Shown piece by piece: positions 43,942-61,214 of a stretch of DNA of 64,000 nucleotides. A model generated the notes under the pieces. It had not been told where the DNA came from, ran no database searches, and saw only the letters and a list, made by a program, of their open reading frames with translations. The DNA comes from Phaeosaccion multiseriatum (Eukaryota; Protista; Ochrophyta, other classes), in the NCBI GenBank assembly GCA_965112735.1, contig OZ218955.1, forward strand, positions 3,906,001 to 3,970,000, given 5' to 3'. The translations under genes were made by a program, and so were the position numbers. The stretch's first letter is position 1, and each line of letters opens with the position of its first letter.

Positions 43942-44071
43942 ACACTGTAACCTTGTCCAGGGTCGACCCTTTCGACCCTGTTCGCTTCATTCTTTTTTTT
44001 CTCTAAATACAACTTGGCTTGGCTGGTAGTCTCTCCTTCCTAATATCCTGTACACTGTCCTCCCGTATAAT

Positions 44072-45461
44072 CTATGCAATATGAACATGTAATGAAAGTG
44101 CGTATGTAAGTGTACAGCCTTCCCCCCCCCCCCCGGCCCAGATGGAGGTGAAGAATGCGCTCCTCAAACGAGTCTCAGCTGAGCTGGACTGCAGCTCCTT
44201 CACCACCTTGGCTGCTGCTCGTGCCTCATCTCGCCTGGTCTCCAACAGCTCGCTGACCGCCCCGCCTTGATTCATGGGCAATCGATGGCAATCGATGGCA
44301 ATCGATGGGCAGCCGCGCCAGTCCCACCGGCCTCCCTCCCCCCCTCCCTCCGTCCGTCCGTTCCGAGATGAACCATTCAAAATAAAATCCCATACACCTT
44401 CCCTTCCGTAGTCTACACAAGCAAAGCCCACGGAAGGCCGGCGAAGAACAAGAGCCTGGCACAACGCGCTCAGTCGCTCGCTCAACCCCCCTCGACCCAG
44501 GCCGAACAAGTTGAAACTGCAGCCTCCTCTGAGGGTACATCAGCTAATCTCACCCCCGCCTGTCTGTCGCACCGCTTCTCTTCTCTGCCTCCGCAACCCC
44601 CTGACCTTGCTTACCCCACACAGGAGCACGGTACTCCGTTGTGATGCCCCCACTCGACCATGCTTGACAGCAGCTGCATGTCGTTCTCCAGAGAGGAGGC
44701 AAGCTCCCGCTCGTCCCAGAACAGTACGCAGGCGCGGTGGTCCCAGGGACACATCACCTCAGGGGACCTGGTGGCAGCAGGCGGGCATGCGGGCACGGAA
44801 CATGCGTATGGGCGGGCAGGGCAGGCGTATGGGCAGGCGTATGGGCAGGCAGGCAAGCAGCGTGGCCAGGCATGAGTGTCACTGGGGGATGATACTCACT
44901 GTGAGGGAATAGAAATGTGGGAGGATACGAAGTGCACAAGTGGAGAGAGAGAGAGAGAGAGAGAGAGGTAGATGATAAGTGCAAGCACCCCAACAGCCCC
45001 AACAGCCCCACCCAGCAGGCTCTCCGAGAGGCACATGAGTCTCCCTCCAAGGTCAACACACCTGAGCCACTGCAGCACCGGGAGGTGGCCGAACCGCGCG
45101 GCCCGGGCAGATGTGGCGGCATCCCAATCGCACTGGGCACGCACCACCTCGTCCTGCCAGAGCAGCTTGATGCTCTCCAGCTGGCCAGAGGAGGCGGCAT
45201 GTAACGGGCCGTCCCCCCAGCCCTCGGCTTTCATGCGCCGCCTCACCTCGGGCTCCTGGAGCAGGAAGGTCAGCACGTGCAAGTGGCCGCTGCGGATGGC
45301 ACCATAGTACATCCACTCGTCCCACACGGCGGCGCGGGAGAGAATGAGCCACTGCAGCACAGGCAGGTTTCCCGCCAACGCGGAGCTCAAGGCCAGCGTC
45401 GGACCCCACTGGCAGGAGGAGGAGGAAAGGCCCATGAAGTTCCTCCTCTCGCGGTTACTAC

Positions 45462-45499
<38 letters not shown>

Positions 45500-46373
45500 G
45501 GCTGGTGGCGGTGCCTCTGCTGCCTGAGGCGGAGGCGGTTGGCCCACTGCAGGATGGCCAAGCCGTGCCTGAGGTTGTATCCGACCACCGAAGAGAAGGA
45601 CTCCTCGTCCCAGGGACAGCCCAGCGCATGCAGCCTCTGGCACACCTGAGCAAGCACAATGAGGACGCACACAGTCGCCGTGAGCAGCAAGTGCGTGCAC
45701 AAAATCATTAATACCCTCGTTTCTTACGTTCCGTCGAACCAGCACTCACTTGCAAGTCCCCATACTTGACCGCAGAGAGGAACACCGACTTGCTGAGAGG
45801 CATTCCTAGACCCCTCCACGCGCACATGGCCTTCTTCTCGCTCTCCACGGCGCTCCGATGGGTCGTGCGCGCGTAGGGAAAGACGTGGAGGTAGTGACCG
45901 CGCCACCTTCTTGATGTGGACGCCACAAACACAAAGTGCCCCGCCCCCACGAACTCGAGCACCTGCAGCAGAAGGTCGTCGATGTTGAGCGGGCTGCGCG
46001 GCGTGGAGAGGTCCACAAAGGACAGCACCTTGATGAAGAGGTCCTTCACCGCGAGGGCCTTGCAAGCCTTTACGTTCGACCCATCGGGCACGAGAGGGCG
46101 GCGGTGCGCCCCCCCCCCGCCGCTGGTACTGCTACCACTGCTACTGCCGCTCTTCCTCCCTCCTCTGGCCCTCCTCGTGGACCTCCCGTGGCACCCCGCC
46201 TCAGCCTCGTGCGCGCAAAAGCTATTCTGGTTTCTTCGCGCCTTCAACCGCCTTCCTTTCTCCACGCTATTCCGGGCTTCATCTGCATGCGAAGGTAGCG
46301 AAAGCGCGCAGGGCGGAGGAGGGGGGAAGCGGCGACGCCTCCGTTCCCTCCGAGGAGGGCTTGAGCCTTCCAT
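44072..46373 (-). CDS. F-box-like N-terminus plus CPW-type ankyrin-repeat protein (multi-exon; 3' end uncertain)
   Basis: DLLLQVLEFVGAGHFVFVASTSRRWRGHY, followed by repeats AVKYGDLQVCQRLHALGCPWD, ALAGNLPVLQWL, AIRSGHLHVLTFL, AARFGHLPVLQWLR and MCPWD. Confidence 0.75.
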
Positions 46374-47146
46374 TGCGAGTGCCTATAGGCGCTATGATGA
46401 GGAAGAAATTTTCCCTTCGAAACACACGCAAATGTCGCTCTCCTCGACACAGAAAGTCGAGTGTCAGTGCCGCTGAGACTCGTGTTTTGCCCCCCTTTTA
46501 CAGCACCCTTGCTTACCAACAGCAACATTAGACCCCAAGCATCGGGTGAGACGAGTTCCCTGTAGTGCAATATCGCCCACTGGAACGAGCGCATCAAAGT
46601 CCTGTCAGTTCCTTGCGAATTCAAACCCGCAACGGGGAGGGGCCCTGAAGAAAAGTAAGTAAACGACGATTTAGCGGAATAGCCAAGGACCGAGGTGGTT
46701 CTGTGTGTATGCGGAGGCTCTTTGGGGTGGGTCTACCGTCTGTGGAAAGGCCTCCTGCTGGTGTGACTAGACGTACACTGAGCAGCAGCCGCAGTACGAC
46801 TTGAAATCATCAGGCCCTCCCGGCAGTTCCCAGCGCCCTCCCCTCGTCTCTCGCTGTGTTACCCCCATCATCTCACTGTCCAGGCTTCTCTCCTCTTGTC
46901 CTCTCCGCCGACTGTGCATTTCCGGTGCTCCTCGAAACCAGGGGTCCTTGTGGATTCCACGCAGGCCACTCAACAAGAGAAGGGCCGACAACGAAAAACG
47001 GGGAGGAAGGGGGGAAAGCTCCATTGGGGGGGCTGCAGCCACACCCTCCCCAGATTTTTGTACCCGCCATCACATTTGAGAAGCAAGACCGGAGAAACGG
47101 GAGAGTGGGAGAGACCTGGTCGGCCACTCGGTCGAGGGAGGGCGAC

Positions 47147-52350
<5,204 letters not shown>

Positions 52351-52810
52351 CACCCACACAGAGCCCAGTGGAGGGCCAATACAGTATGGTACACTTGAAG
52401 CGCCCAGGCCTTTGGATGCGGAGGGTTTGCTGTGTGCTATTCACCAACTGCTGCTGGCCTGGCCACTTCTGGCCACTCCTGGCCACTCGAGGCAAAGGTC
52501 TGTCGCCTACGCCGCTCTACGGCTGCAGCGGGGCTCTGAGCTGCCTGCCCATATGCCTTCCCCATGCGCCTGCCCCACGCAGGCGGAAGGCAAAGCGGTC
52601 AGGATGGGCTTTCGGGATTGTGTGAATTATATTTTTGATTACGTAAACTAACGCACACACGCACACAGACCAGCGGCAGCAGCGAAGTATGGGCTTTCGG
52701 GACACGCTCGACGTGGGGTGCCTCAGTTGTGTGCCTGGCGGTTCGGGCAAGAAAGAGACGGAAAGGCACGGAGGGTACAGTTACAAGGCTTGCTTGCATT
52801 GACACCCGTC

Positions 52811-52916
52811 ACCTTGGCGGGGCTACCTGTCCATCATTGACATCCGTACAGTAACCTTGGCGGGGCTACCTATCCATCATTGGCGGCCATAACCTTGGCA
52901 GGGCTACCTATCCATC
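52811..52916. repeat. Three ~25-29-bp direct repeats with short unequal spacers
   Basis: accttggcggggctacctatccatc(attg) at 52811, 52854 and 52892. Confidence 0.85.
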
Positions 52917-53525
52917 GGGGCGGGCATTGTAGCAGAGCTATGCCATCGGAGAGTGGGCAGGGCATGCTTTCGCTTCGTCGCGTCGCAGGAGGGGAAGCTT
53001 CATCAAGGAGGAGGACCCGAGTACGTCACATCGCAGGCGTTGAGCTTGTCTGTGGAGTACCAACGCGTTGAGCTGGTCAGTAGAGTACAAAGGCACGAAG
53101 GGGGGCGGGTTTGAAGCTCTGAGCTCTGAGCACTGAGCACTGAGATGAGTGGACGGACCGGCGGGGCGGGGCGGCGGGCAAAGCAGCGCCGACGCGAACA
53201 ACAGACCAAAAGTAAATACACACACACACACACACATATGCCTTTCTTTTCCATAGGATTACGTGTTCTAATGGGCACCAAAGGGCCGACACATGGAAAC
53301 AGACGAACAAACAAATCAACCAAATACAAAGAAAAGGACAGTGCTTGCCACTGTTCCTTGTATACGTCCTTCCAAACGGAGCAATTCTTCTTCTCTCTGC
53401 CGTCGTTCATGTGTCTATCCTCGTGTTGGCGTCCCTCCCGGACTTTCATCTCTGCCATTGTACGATGTGCCTCCTCCCACCACCAGAGAGAGCATTGGTG
53501 ATGACTCAGCTCTTACTACCTCACA

Positions 53526-55162
53526 CTAAAACTCCTCTCCTATAATCTCGCACAGCTCGCAATTGGGGAACTTGTCGAAGAGAATGGGCCGGAGGGTCTT
53601 GTCCAGCATCTGCGCGGAAGGGAGGGAGGGAGGGCATGAAGGAATGAGTGAGTGAAGGGAGGAGGGGAGGCAGGAAGGAAGAAAGGAGAGAGCGGAAGAA
53701 ACGAAGAAAGAACGGGAAGGGAAAGAAGAAAGGAGGGGAAGGGGGGGGTGAGCTCCGTGACGAGAGTAAGCCCCCCCCCCCCCCCCCCACGCACACACAC
53801 ACACTTCGACCCTCTCCTCTCTCGCCACATCTCTCTCTCTCTCTCTCTCTCTCCGCTCCCTTCCCCCTCTCACTCACCGTCTCAACCAAGTTATCCAGCG
53901 GCGCCACGATGAAAGGGATGAGTGCCAGCCCCGCCGCTGTGGGCAGCCAGTTGGTCACAGCAGACCCCAGAGTGTCCTGCAAGTGGTAGGTGTCTTGGAT
54001 GTACGAGACGAAGGCAACCCAGCGGTTGATGGTGAAGCCAGGGAAGATGACCGAGGCAAGCATCTGAAACGTCAGCACGTCAAAGGCCGCTGGGAGGGCG
54101 CACACGCTGAGGGATGGGAGCCAGGGCGGGAGGGAGGGGAGGGGAGGAGGGAGGGAGGGGGGGAGGGGGGTGTGATGATGGGGGCGATCACCTCCTACTC
54201 TACTCTTATGTTCTCTTTCCTTTGTGCTCTCTGTTCTTCTGCTCACGTCTCACGCCCCGCATCTGCTTCCATCGCACCAACCCGTGCTTTCTGCTGAGCA
54301 TACAGGCAAACCCCTACTGACTCGTCTGATTGAATCGACTTACTGACCTAGAACCGCTTGGCGAGTCGAAGTTTCCCTTGCTAATATCCTTGCACTTGAC
54401 CCCCTTGGAGACGGCGTCTGCGCACACATACGTGATGGCCACTGCATAGGACAGGGGCACGACAATGGGCGGCACGAGGGGTCGGAACGCTTCTCCGACT
54501 TCATTGGCGTAACCCAAGTAGCGCACCGCGGTGTCTCTGTAGATGTCCACCTCCCTATCGCTGTCCTCTTCCTCCCCCTCCCCTTCCTCGGCTTTCTTGT
54601 CGAAGGTAATCTTGTATCCGGCGCTGAGCAGGCTGCCGCAGCCCGCCACTTGCGCAAAGAGCACATTGGGGTCCAAGGTGGACACCTCGTCGATCGTTTC
54701 CGCCACACCGGCCACGTCCACCTCTGCCAAGCGAAGACTGCTCACGCCTCTGCTCCTTCGGGTGCTGCGTAGGCAGGCCAGGTCAGGTATGAGACGGGAA
54801 GGCAAGGTGCGTGGGTGGTTGAGGGGCGCACGGTTTGAATCAGGAGTCTGGAATGGTCAGGGGGTGACAGTTCCCACTCTGTGGAGGGTGGAGGGCAAAT
54901 CCTCCCCGACGTAGACATGCATGTAGTGATGTGATGTAGACAAAAAGGGAAAGGAACACTCTTACCTAACTCTAGCCGGTGCCGCTACTGCTGCCCTCGA
55001 AGCCCTTCCTGCCCTAAAATCTGCCCCGCTGTTGCCTCCCTGATGCTGCTGCTGCACCGCCACACCGGCGGCTGCGATGGAGGAAGACGGTGGGACAAAC
55101 GCGGTACACCCACCCACCGCAGCGGCCAGAAGCACCACGCGGGTGGCCTGTCGCGGAGCCAT
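53526..55162 (-). CDS. MTFP1: MTFP1/MTP18-family protein with bipartite plastid-type presequence (4 exons)
   Basis: Family motifs: DIYRDTAVRYLGYANEVGEAFR, SYAVAITYVCADAVSKG, DVLTFQMLASVIFPGFTIN, WLPTAAGLALIPFIVAPLD. N-terminus MAPRQATRVVLLAAAVGGCTA-FVPP. Confidence 0.88.
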
Positions 55163-55406
55163 GGTTACGAGGCTAGTGGGAGAGGGTTCTACAGGACTAT
55201 TGGAGGAGTTGTGGTTGCTTGTGCCAGGCTTGCGTGTACAACGCGCTTAATTTCAGGGGTGGGGACGTGATTAACATCACAACGTACGAAAAACGTCTGT
55301 GACTCCATCACCAACAACCAACACGTAGGGGTGATGCGGACAAAAAATGGCACTCGACGTTACTTTTAGGCAGCACACATAAAATGTTTTGACGGTGATG
55401 GGCACC

Positions 55407-57473
55407 TCAGCCGAAGAGACGCTTCAGCAGCCCCTTTTCTGGGGGGGTGATGAAGCGGAGGGGCCTCTCCTCCCCGAGGAAGCGACGCACTGCATCATCA
55501 TAGGCCAAAGCCGCCTCCGACCCCTCCGTTGATATCACCGGGGCCCCTGTGTTCGTGGCTGTGAGCACTGACCTGTGGTGGCCAAGCAGGCCGGCCGGCA
55601 CGACACCAGCGAGCACAGCAGAGCAGAGCAATTGGTGATACAGAGTAGAGCAGAGAGCGTGTGATGATCTGATAATATCGACAATTGTTTCGCCGACAGT
55701 CGACACACAGAGAGGTGTAGGCGTGGGCAGAATGGCCACCGCACGAGCACAGAGCATCCAATGCCATCCAATGCCTTCCATCCCTCTTACCGGCATTCGG
55801 GCACAACACCGATGACGTCCAGCCCCAGCAGTTCCTGGATATCGCCCAGCCGCAGCATCTCGTCGTTTTCCGCTCTCTACGAGTGCGCAAGTGTGTGTGT
55901 GTGTGCGTGCGTGAGAGAGAGAGTGTGTGTGTGTTAAGTTTGCGTTTGAGTCGTGAGTTTGGACGAAAAAGGTACCTCCTCACCTCCGGGTCGTAGCGGG
56001 TCACGAGGAGCGTCTGTCGCACGGGAGGCCTGCCCTCCTCTGCTCTCTTTGACTTGCTAGCGATGAAGCCGATCATCTTGTCGCTATCTCGACAACTGCT
56101 GAGTTCCGGGTTAGTGACGATGATTGATTCATCAGCGGCGTACATTGCGTGGCGGGCTCCTGACTCAATACCCGCGGGGGAGTCACACACAACGTAGTCG
56201 AAGGTCTGCCGTAATTCCTCGATCACCCGTAATACGCCCTCCTGTTACAATTGCGCACGCACGCACGCACGCACAAGCACATAAGCACACGCACACACTG
56301 AGTGTACTGCGTCTGCTCGCTGCTGGAAGAGGGAGCCATTCGCTGCCATCCCCTGGTGCCCCCGGGGCATGATCTCTGTCCCTCGCTCTGGCCCTGCCCC
56401 CCTGATCCCACACCCGCCTGCCTCCCTCCTCTCGTCCCCTCCTCGTCCCGCCCCGACGCTGCTCACTCACGTTGGTCAGAGCCTCCTTGTCCTTCGTCTG
56501 CGAGGCGGCCAGGAGGTGAAGGAGGGGCATCCTTCTGTCCTGAATGAGGGCCTGTACACGCACGTGTACGCACACACACACACGAGCCAAGGTAAGGTGA
56601 GGAGAGGTGCGGGATACACATTTAAAATGGCTCTCCTTTACTTCTACACACACACGGACTTGCCTGGTTGAGGGTGCATTCTTTTTGAATCACATTGACG
56701 AAGTCGAAGATCACTCTCCTCTCACAGCCAAGGTGGATATCAAGGTTCCTCAGGCCTAAATCAAAGTCGATGATGGCCGTTCTAACAACAAAGGGTCGGG
56801 TGAGTGGAGTGAGCACTTGGTGTCCTTTGCCTCTATTCGTCCTCTCTTTCGAATGACTTACTTGTATCCGTAGTTGGCCAGGCCGAAAGCAAATGAAGCA
56901 GCAGTTGTTGTCTTACCTACTCCTCCTTTTCCACTGGTTATAACTGCTACAACCCCCCTGGCGTCCTCGCCCTCCACCTGGTGCCACACAGAAGGAAGGG
57001 CGGCCAGTGTCAAGTGAGTGGAGGATTGACAAGGAGGCGAGAAAGGGAAGGAATAAGCCGCCCCTATCCCAAGCAAACACACCTTACGTATGGAAGCCGC
57101 TGCTGCGGTCCCAGGTGCTGCCGACTCTGTCACTGGGGAGGTCGAGGAGAAGAAGAGCGACTGGGAAGGGATCGAGGAGCTGGAGGAGGAGCGAGCACGT
57201 CTCAAGCCTCCAGCTGCTCTGTTCTGTCGTAATGCCGCCGTGGAGAACAGTGCAGCCCGCTGTTGCTGGACAAGGAGGACGTGGCAGGAGGGCCCACGGG
57301 CGAGGAGAAGCGGCGTGAGACAAGGAAGCACAGCGTCGACAAGAGAGAGCTGCCACGGGAAATTTAGAGTCTGCACTCACCCGGCCTGCTGCTGCTGGCG
57401 CAATTCTGAAGGAGAACACTGCCTTCTCCCCTCCCGCCCTCACCACCGCTTCGCACGCCAGACGCCGAGCCAT
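55407..57473 (-). CDS. minD: Septum-site-determining ATPase MinD, nuclear-encoded, with mitochondrial-type presequence (8 exons, one GC-AG intron)
   Basis: Motifs: VITSGKGGVGKTT, IDFDLGLRNLD, GCERRVIFDFVNV, ASQTKDKEALT, CDSPAGIESGA, VTNPELSSCRDSDK. C-terminal membrane-targeting helix KGLLKRLFG*. Arg/Ala/Ser-rich N-terminal extension. Confidence 0.95.
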
Positions 57474-57863
57474 GGACCAGCAGGGAGAGAGAGAAAAAAT
57501 ATCAATTGAAAAATATCAGGGAGAAAAGTCGAATCCCTCTATTTTGGGTGTCGAAGATCTCTATTTTCGGGTCGATGGGGGATGGGCGGGCCCTGCCTCT
57601 CGAGAGTTCAATCAGCCCGTGACAGTCCCACCTTCCCTCTTTACAAAACAGAAGCAGCACGGCAAGACGAAGCAGACTCTACCACACTACAGACGAGACC
57701 TCTTATCGGTGAGTAGCGAGCTCCTCCTGGGGGGGCTGACCTGCACCGTATCTTCTGCTCACCCCACACCTTTGAACCCCTCTTCACCCCTCCGAATCCA
57801 CAAGCCTGACTCCCTCCCGGCTTTCGCTGCTTCTGTCCTCACCGCAGAGAATACATACACAGC

Positions 57864-59199
57864 ATGCCTCCACCAGCGAAGAAGGCAAAGACCTGTGGGT
57901 CTGAGATGGACGTCAAGTGCATCAACACCGTCCGATGCCTCGCCGCCGACATTGTGCAGAAGGCCAACTCGGGCCATCCGGGTGCACCCATGGGCTGCGC
58001 ACCCATGGCACACACGCTGTTCAGCAAGGTCATGCGCTTCAGCCCGGTGAGTGGAGCACGCGAGACTGTGCTGCGCGAGAAGGCCAGAGCCGGCCGACTT
58101 GACAAGTGTGTGGGAGATGCATTACCCCTCTCTTTCTCCACACCCCTCCCACCTCCTCCCCTGCCTCACCCTCTCCCCCCCGCACTCCCTTCCTCTCCTA
58201 CCTCCCCTCCTTCCCTTCCTCTCCTACCTCCCCTCCCTCCCTGCCTCCCTCCTTCCGTCCCTCCCTCCGTCCCTCCCTCCCTCCCTCCCTCCCTCCCTCC
58301 AGGCCGACCCGAAGTGGATCGGGCGTGACCGCTTCGTGCTGTCCAACGGCCACGCCTGCGCCCTCCTGTACGAGATGCTGCACCTGACGGGCTACGACTC
58401 GGTGAGCATGGACGACCTCAAGCAGTTCCGACAGCTCGACAGCAAGACCCCTGGTCACCCGGAGAACCTCATCACCGCAGGGGTGGAGGTGTCCACGGGC
58501 CCCCTGGGGCAGGGTATTTCCAACGCCGTCGGACTCGCCATCGCAGAGGCCCACATGGCGGCCGAGTTCAACAAGGAGGTGCGGGAGGAGGAGGAGCAGG
58601 AGGAGGAGGAGGAGGAGGAGGAGGAGGAGGAGGAGGAGGAGGAGGAGGAGGAGGAGGAGGAGGAGGAGGAGGAAGAGGAGGAGGAGGAGGAGGAGGAGGA
58701 GGAGGAAGAAGAGGAGCTCCGAGTCGGGAGAGTCGTCAGTCCCTGTCAATAAACAAGCTCTCTCTCTTTGTTGCTCTCTCCTTCCATGCAGGGCTTCCCC
58801 GTGATCGACAACCACACCTTTGTCATCTGCGGGGACGGCTGTATGCAGGAGGGAGTCAGCTCCGAGGCCTCCTCCCTCGCCGGCCACCTCGGCTTGGGCA
58901 AGCTCATCGTGCTCTACGACGACAACTCCATCACCATCGACGGAGAGACATCCCTGTCCTTCACCGAGGACGTGCTGAAGCGATACGAGGCGTACGGGTG
59001 GCACACGCAGACGATCTCCGACGTGACTGACCTCGAGGCGTTGCTTGGGGCCGTCAACGCCGCCAAGGAAGAGAAGGACAGGCCCTCCATGATCAAGGTA
59101 AGGTCAGAAGGAGCTCATCTGTGGGGGTGGCGGGGTTGAGGGATCGGAATGGACAGGAGGATGGTGTGTGTGTGCGTGTGTGTATGTGTGTGTATGTGT

Positions 59200-59259
<60 letters not shown>

Positions 59260-61214
59260 GCGGAAGGAAGGAGGGCACTCTCATCGACTTGATTTGGGTA
59301 GCGTACCCTCGAACGACTCCCCATCTCACTCACTCACACACAACCCCCCCTCTCTCTGCAACAACGAAACGCAACCGCAAACCCCCTCCCCCCTCCAGGT
59401 CAAGACCATCATTGGCCACGGCTCTCAGAAGCAGGGCCTGGAGACCACACACGGAGCCCCCCTCGGGGCCGATGACGTGGCACACGTGAAGAAGACGCTC
59501 GGCCTTGACCCCTCCAAGAGCTTCGAGGTTTCCGAGGACGTGGCGGCCGAGTACCTGAAGGCCCGCTCCAAGGGGGCCGCCCTGGTCAAGGACTACAACC
59601 TCATGCTCGCCCAGTACGCAGAGAAGTGGCCCGCCGAGCACAAGGACCTCACCAGGAGGATGGTACGTACGTACGGACGTTACGGAATGGCGTAAGGGGT
59701 GGCGTAAGGGGTGGCGGAAGAGGCCAATTTGGGTTCCTATGGGTGTGCGTGTGTGTATGGCCTACTTGGCCACTTGCCTTGCCCCCCCACAGTCTCTTCT
59801 TGGTATTTCTCGGAGCAAATGCAGTACAGAAGGAAGAGACGCAGAGCCTCAGCACTCATGAAACTCAAACTCACTCAAATCAACTCAATCTCAAACTCAA
59901 ACTCGCTTATGCATCCATCCGTCCATCCCTTCAGGAGGGCCGCCTGCCCGAGGGCTGGAAGGATAAGCTCCCCAAGTACGCCCCTGGCGACAAGGCCGAG
60001 GGCTCTCGCAAGTACTCCGGAGCAGTGCTCAACGCCGTCGCAGAGAGCCTGCCCGAGGTCATGGGCGGCTCTGCGGACCTCACGCCCTCCAACAGCACGC
60101 AGCTCAAGTGCAGCACCGACTTCCAGAAGGTATGATCAGGCAGGCATATGGGCATTACAGGCGGAGGTGTGGGGCATATACTCGCTGGAGAGGAGTCGGG
60201 TTGGCTCTAGTTCAGTGCCTCTCTCCGTCCCTCCCTCTCCCCCCTCTCTTCCTCCTCCCCCAAGCCCCTTGTCCTGCCCCCCTCTTCCTCTCTCACCCCG
60301 CCTCCCGTCCCTCCCGTCCCTCCCTCCCTCCCTCCCTCCCTCCCCCCCCCTCTCAGGACAACCACATCGGACGCTACATGCGCTTCGGGGTGCGCGAACA
60401 CGCCATGACGGCGGTTGCCAACGGTATGTTCGCCTACGGAGGCCTCCGCCCCTTCGTGGCCACCTTCCTTAACTTCATGGGGTATGCGCTCGGGTCGGCG
60501 AGGGTGAGTGCTCTATCGGACTTTGGCATCATATTTATCATGACTCATGACTCCATCGGGCTTGGCGAGGACGGCCCGACGCACCAACCGGTGGAGATGT
60601 TGGAGGTGCTGCGGGCCACGCCCAACATGCACGTGTTCCGACCTGCGGACGGAAACGAGGTGGTGGGGAGCTACGTGTGTGCGCTTGAGCGGCCCGGCAC
60701 CCCTGCGGTATTTGCGCTCTCTCGTCAGAACCTGCCCCATCTCGAGGGGTCCTCGGCAGAGGGGGTAGCCAAGGGAGGGTACGTGCTGAGCGAGCACGGC
60801 GAGGGGGACAAGCTTGGGCTCATCCTCATCGGAACCGGCTCCGAGGTGTGTGCGTGCGTGGAGATTGCCAAGCGGATGGCAGCCAACGGCACCAAGACGC
60901 GAGTGGTGAGCATGCCCTGCAAGGAGAACTTTGCGGCTCAGAGTGCCGCCTATAAGCAGGGCGTGTTGGCCGGAGGGGTGCCCGTTATGAGTGTGGAGAT
61001 GGCGGCTGTTGACGGTTGGCATCAGTACGCACACGCGCCCTTCGGCATGGCTCGCTTCGGAGCCTCTGCCCCCGGTGCTGTGTGTGTGAAGAAGTTCGGC
61101 TTCGATGTGGACCACCTTACCACGCAGGCAGAGAAGGTTGTGGCCTTCTACAAGGGCAAGGAGGTGCCCTCGCTGCTGGACAGGCCCCTCCTGGACATGA
61201 CCTACGAGCCATGA
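57864..61214 (+). CDS. TKL: Transketolase, no organellar presequence (6 coding exons; 5'-UTR intron 57709-57847)
   Basis: Motifs: [72 protein letters not shown]. Confidence 0.97.
58585..58716. repeat. (GAG)n ~44 units in transketolase intron
   Basis: Lies between the donor at 58579 and the acceptor at 58791. Confidence 0.93.

Noticed and set aside
43958-44000. Rho-independent terminator
   Set aside because: Eukaryotic nuclear context, and the T-run is separated from the stem. Kept only as part of the repeat finding.
46560-46640. tRNA or tRNA-derived SINE (TTGCG-AATTCAAACC-CGCAA T-arm-like hairpin)
   Set aside because: No acceptor stem, D-arm or anticodon arm could be built.
52811-52916. 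Mini-CRISPR
   Set aside because: Only three repeats, 9-14-nt spacers, eukaryotic context.
55407-57473. Bacterial contamination or recent HGT of minD
   Set aside because: Multiple spliceosomal introns with local microsatellite style and a targeting extension.
58579-58752. Poly-Glu insertion or truncation of transketolase
   Set aside because: The (GAG)n lies in a GT-AG intron, and splicing restores FNKE|GFPVIDN.
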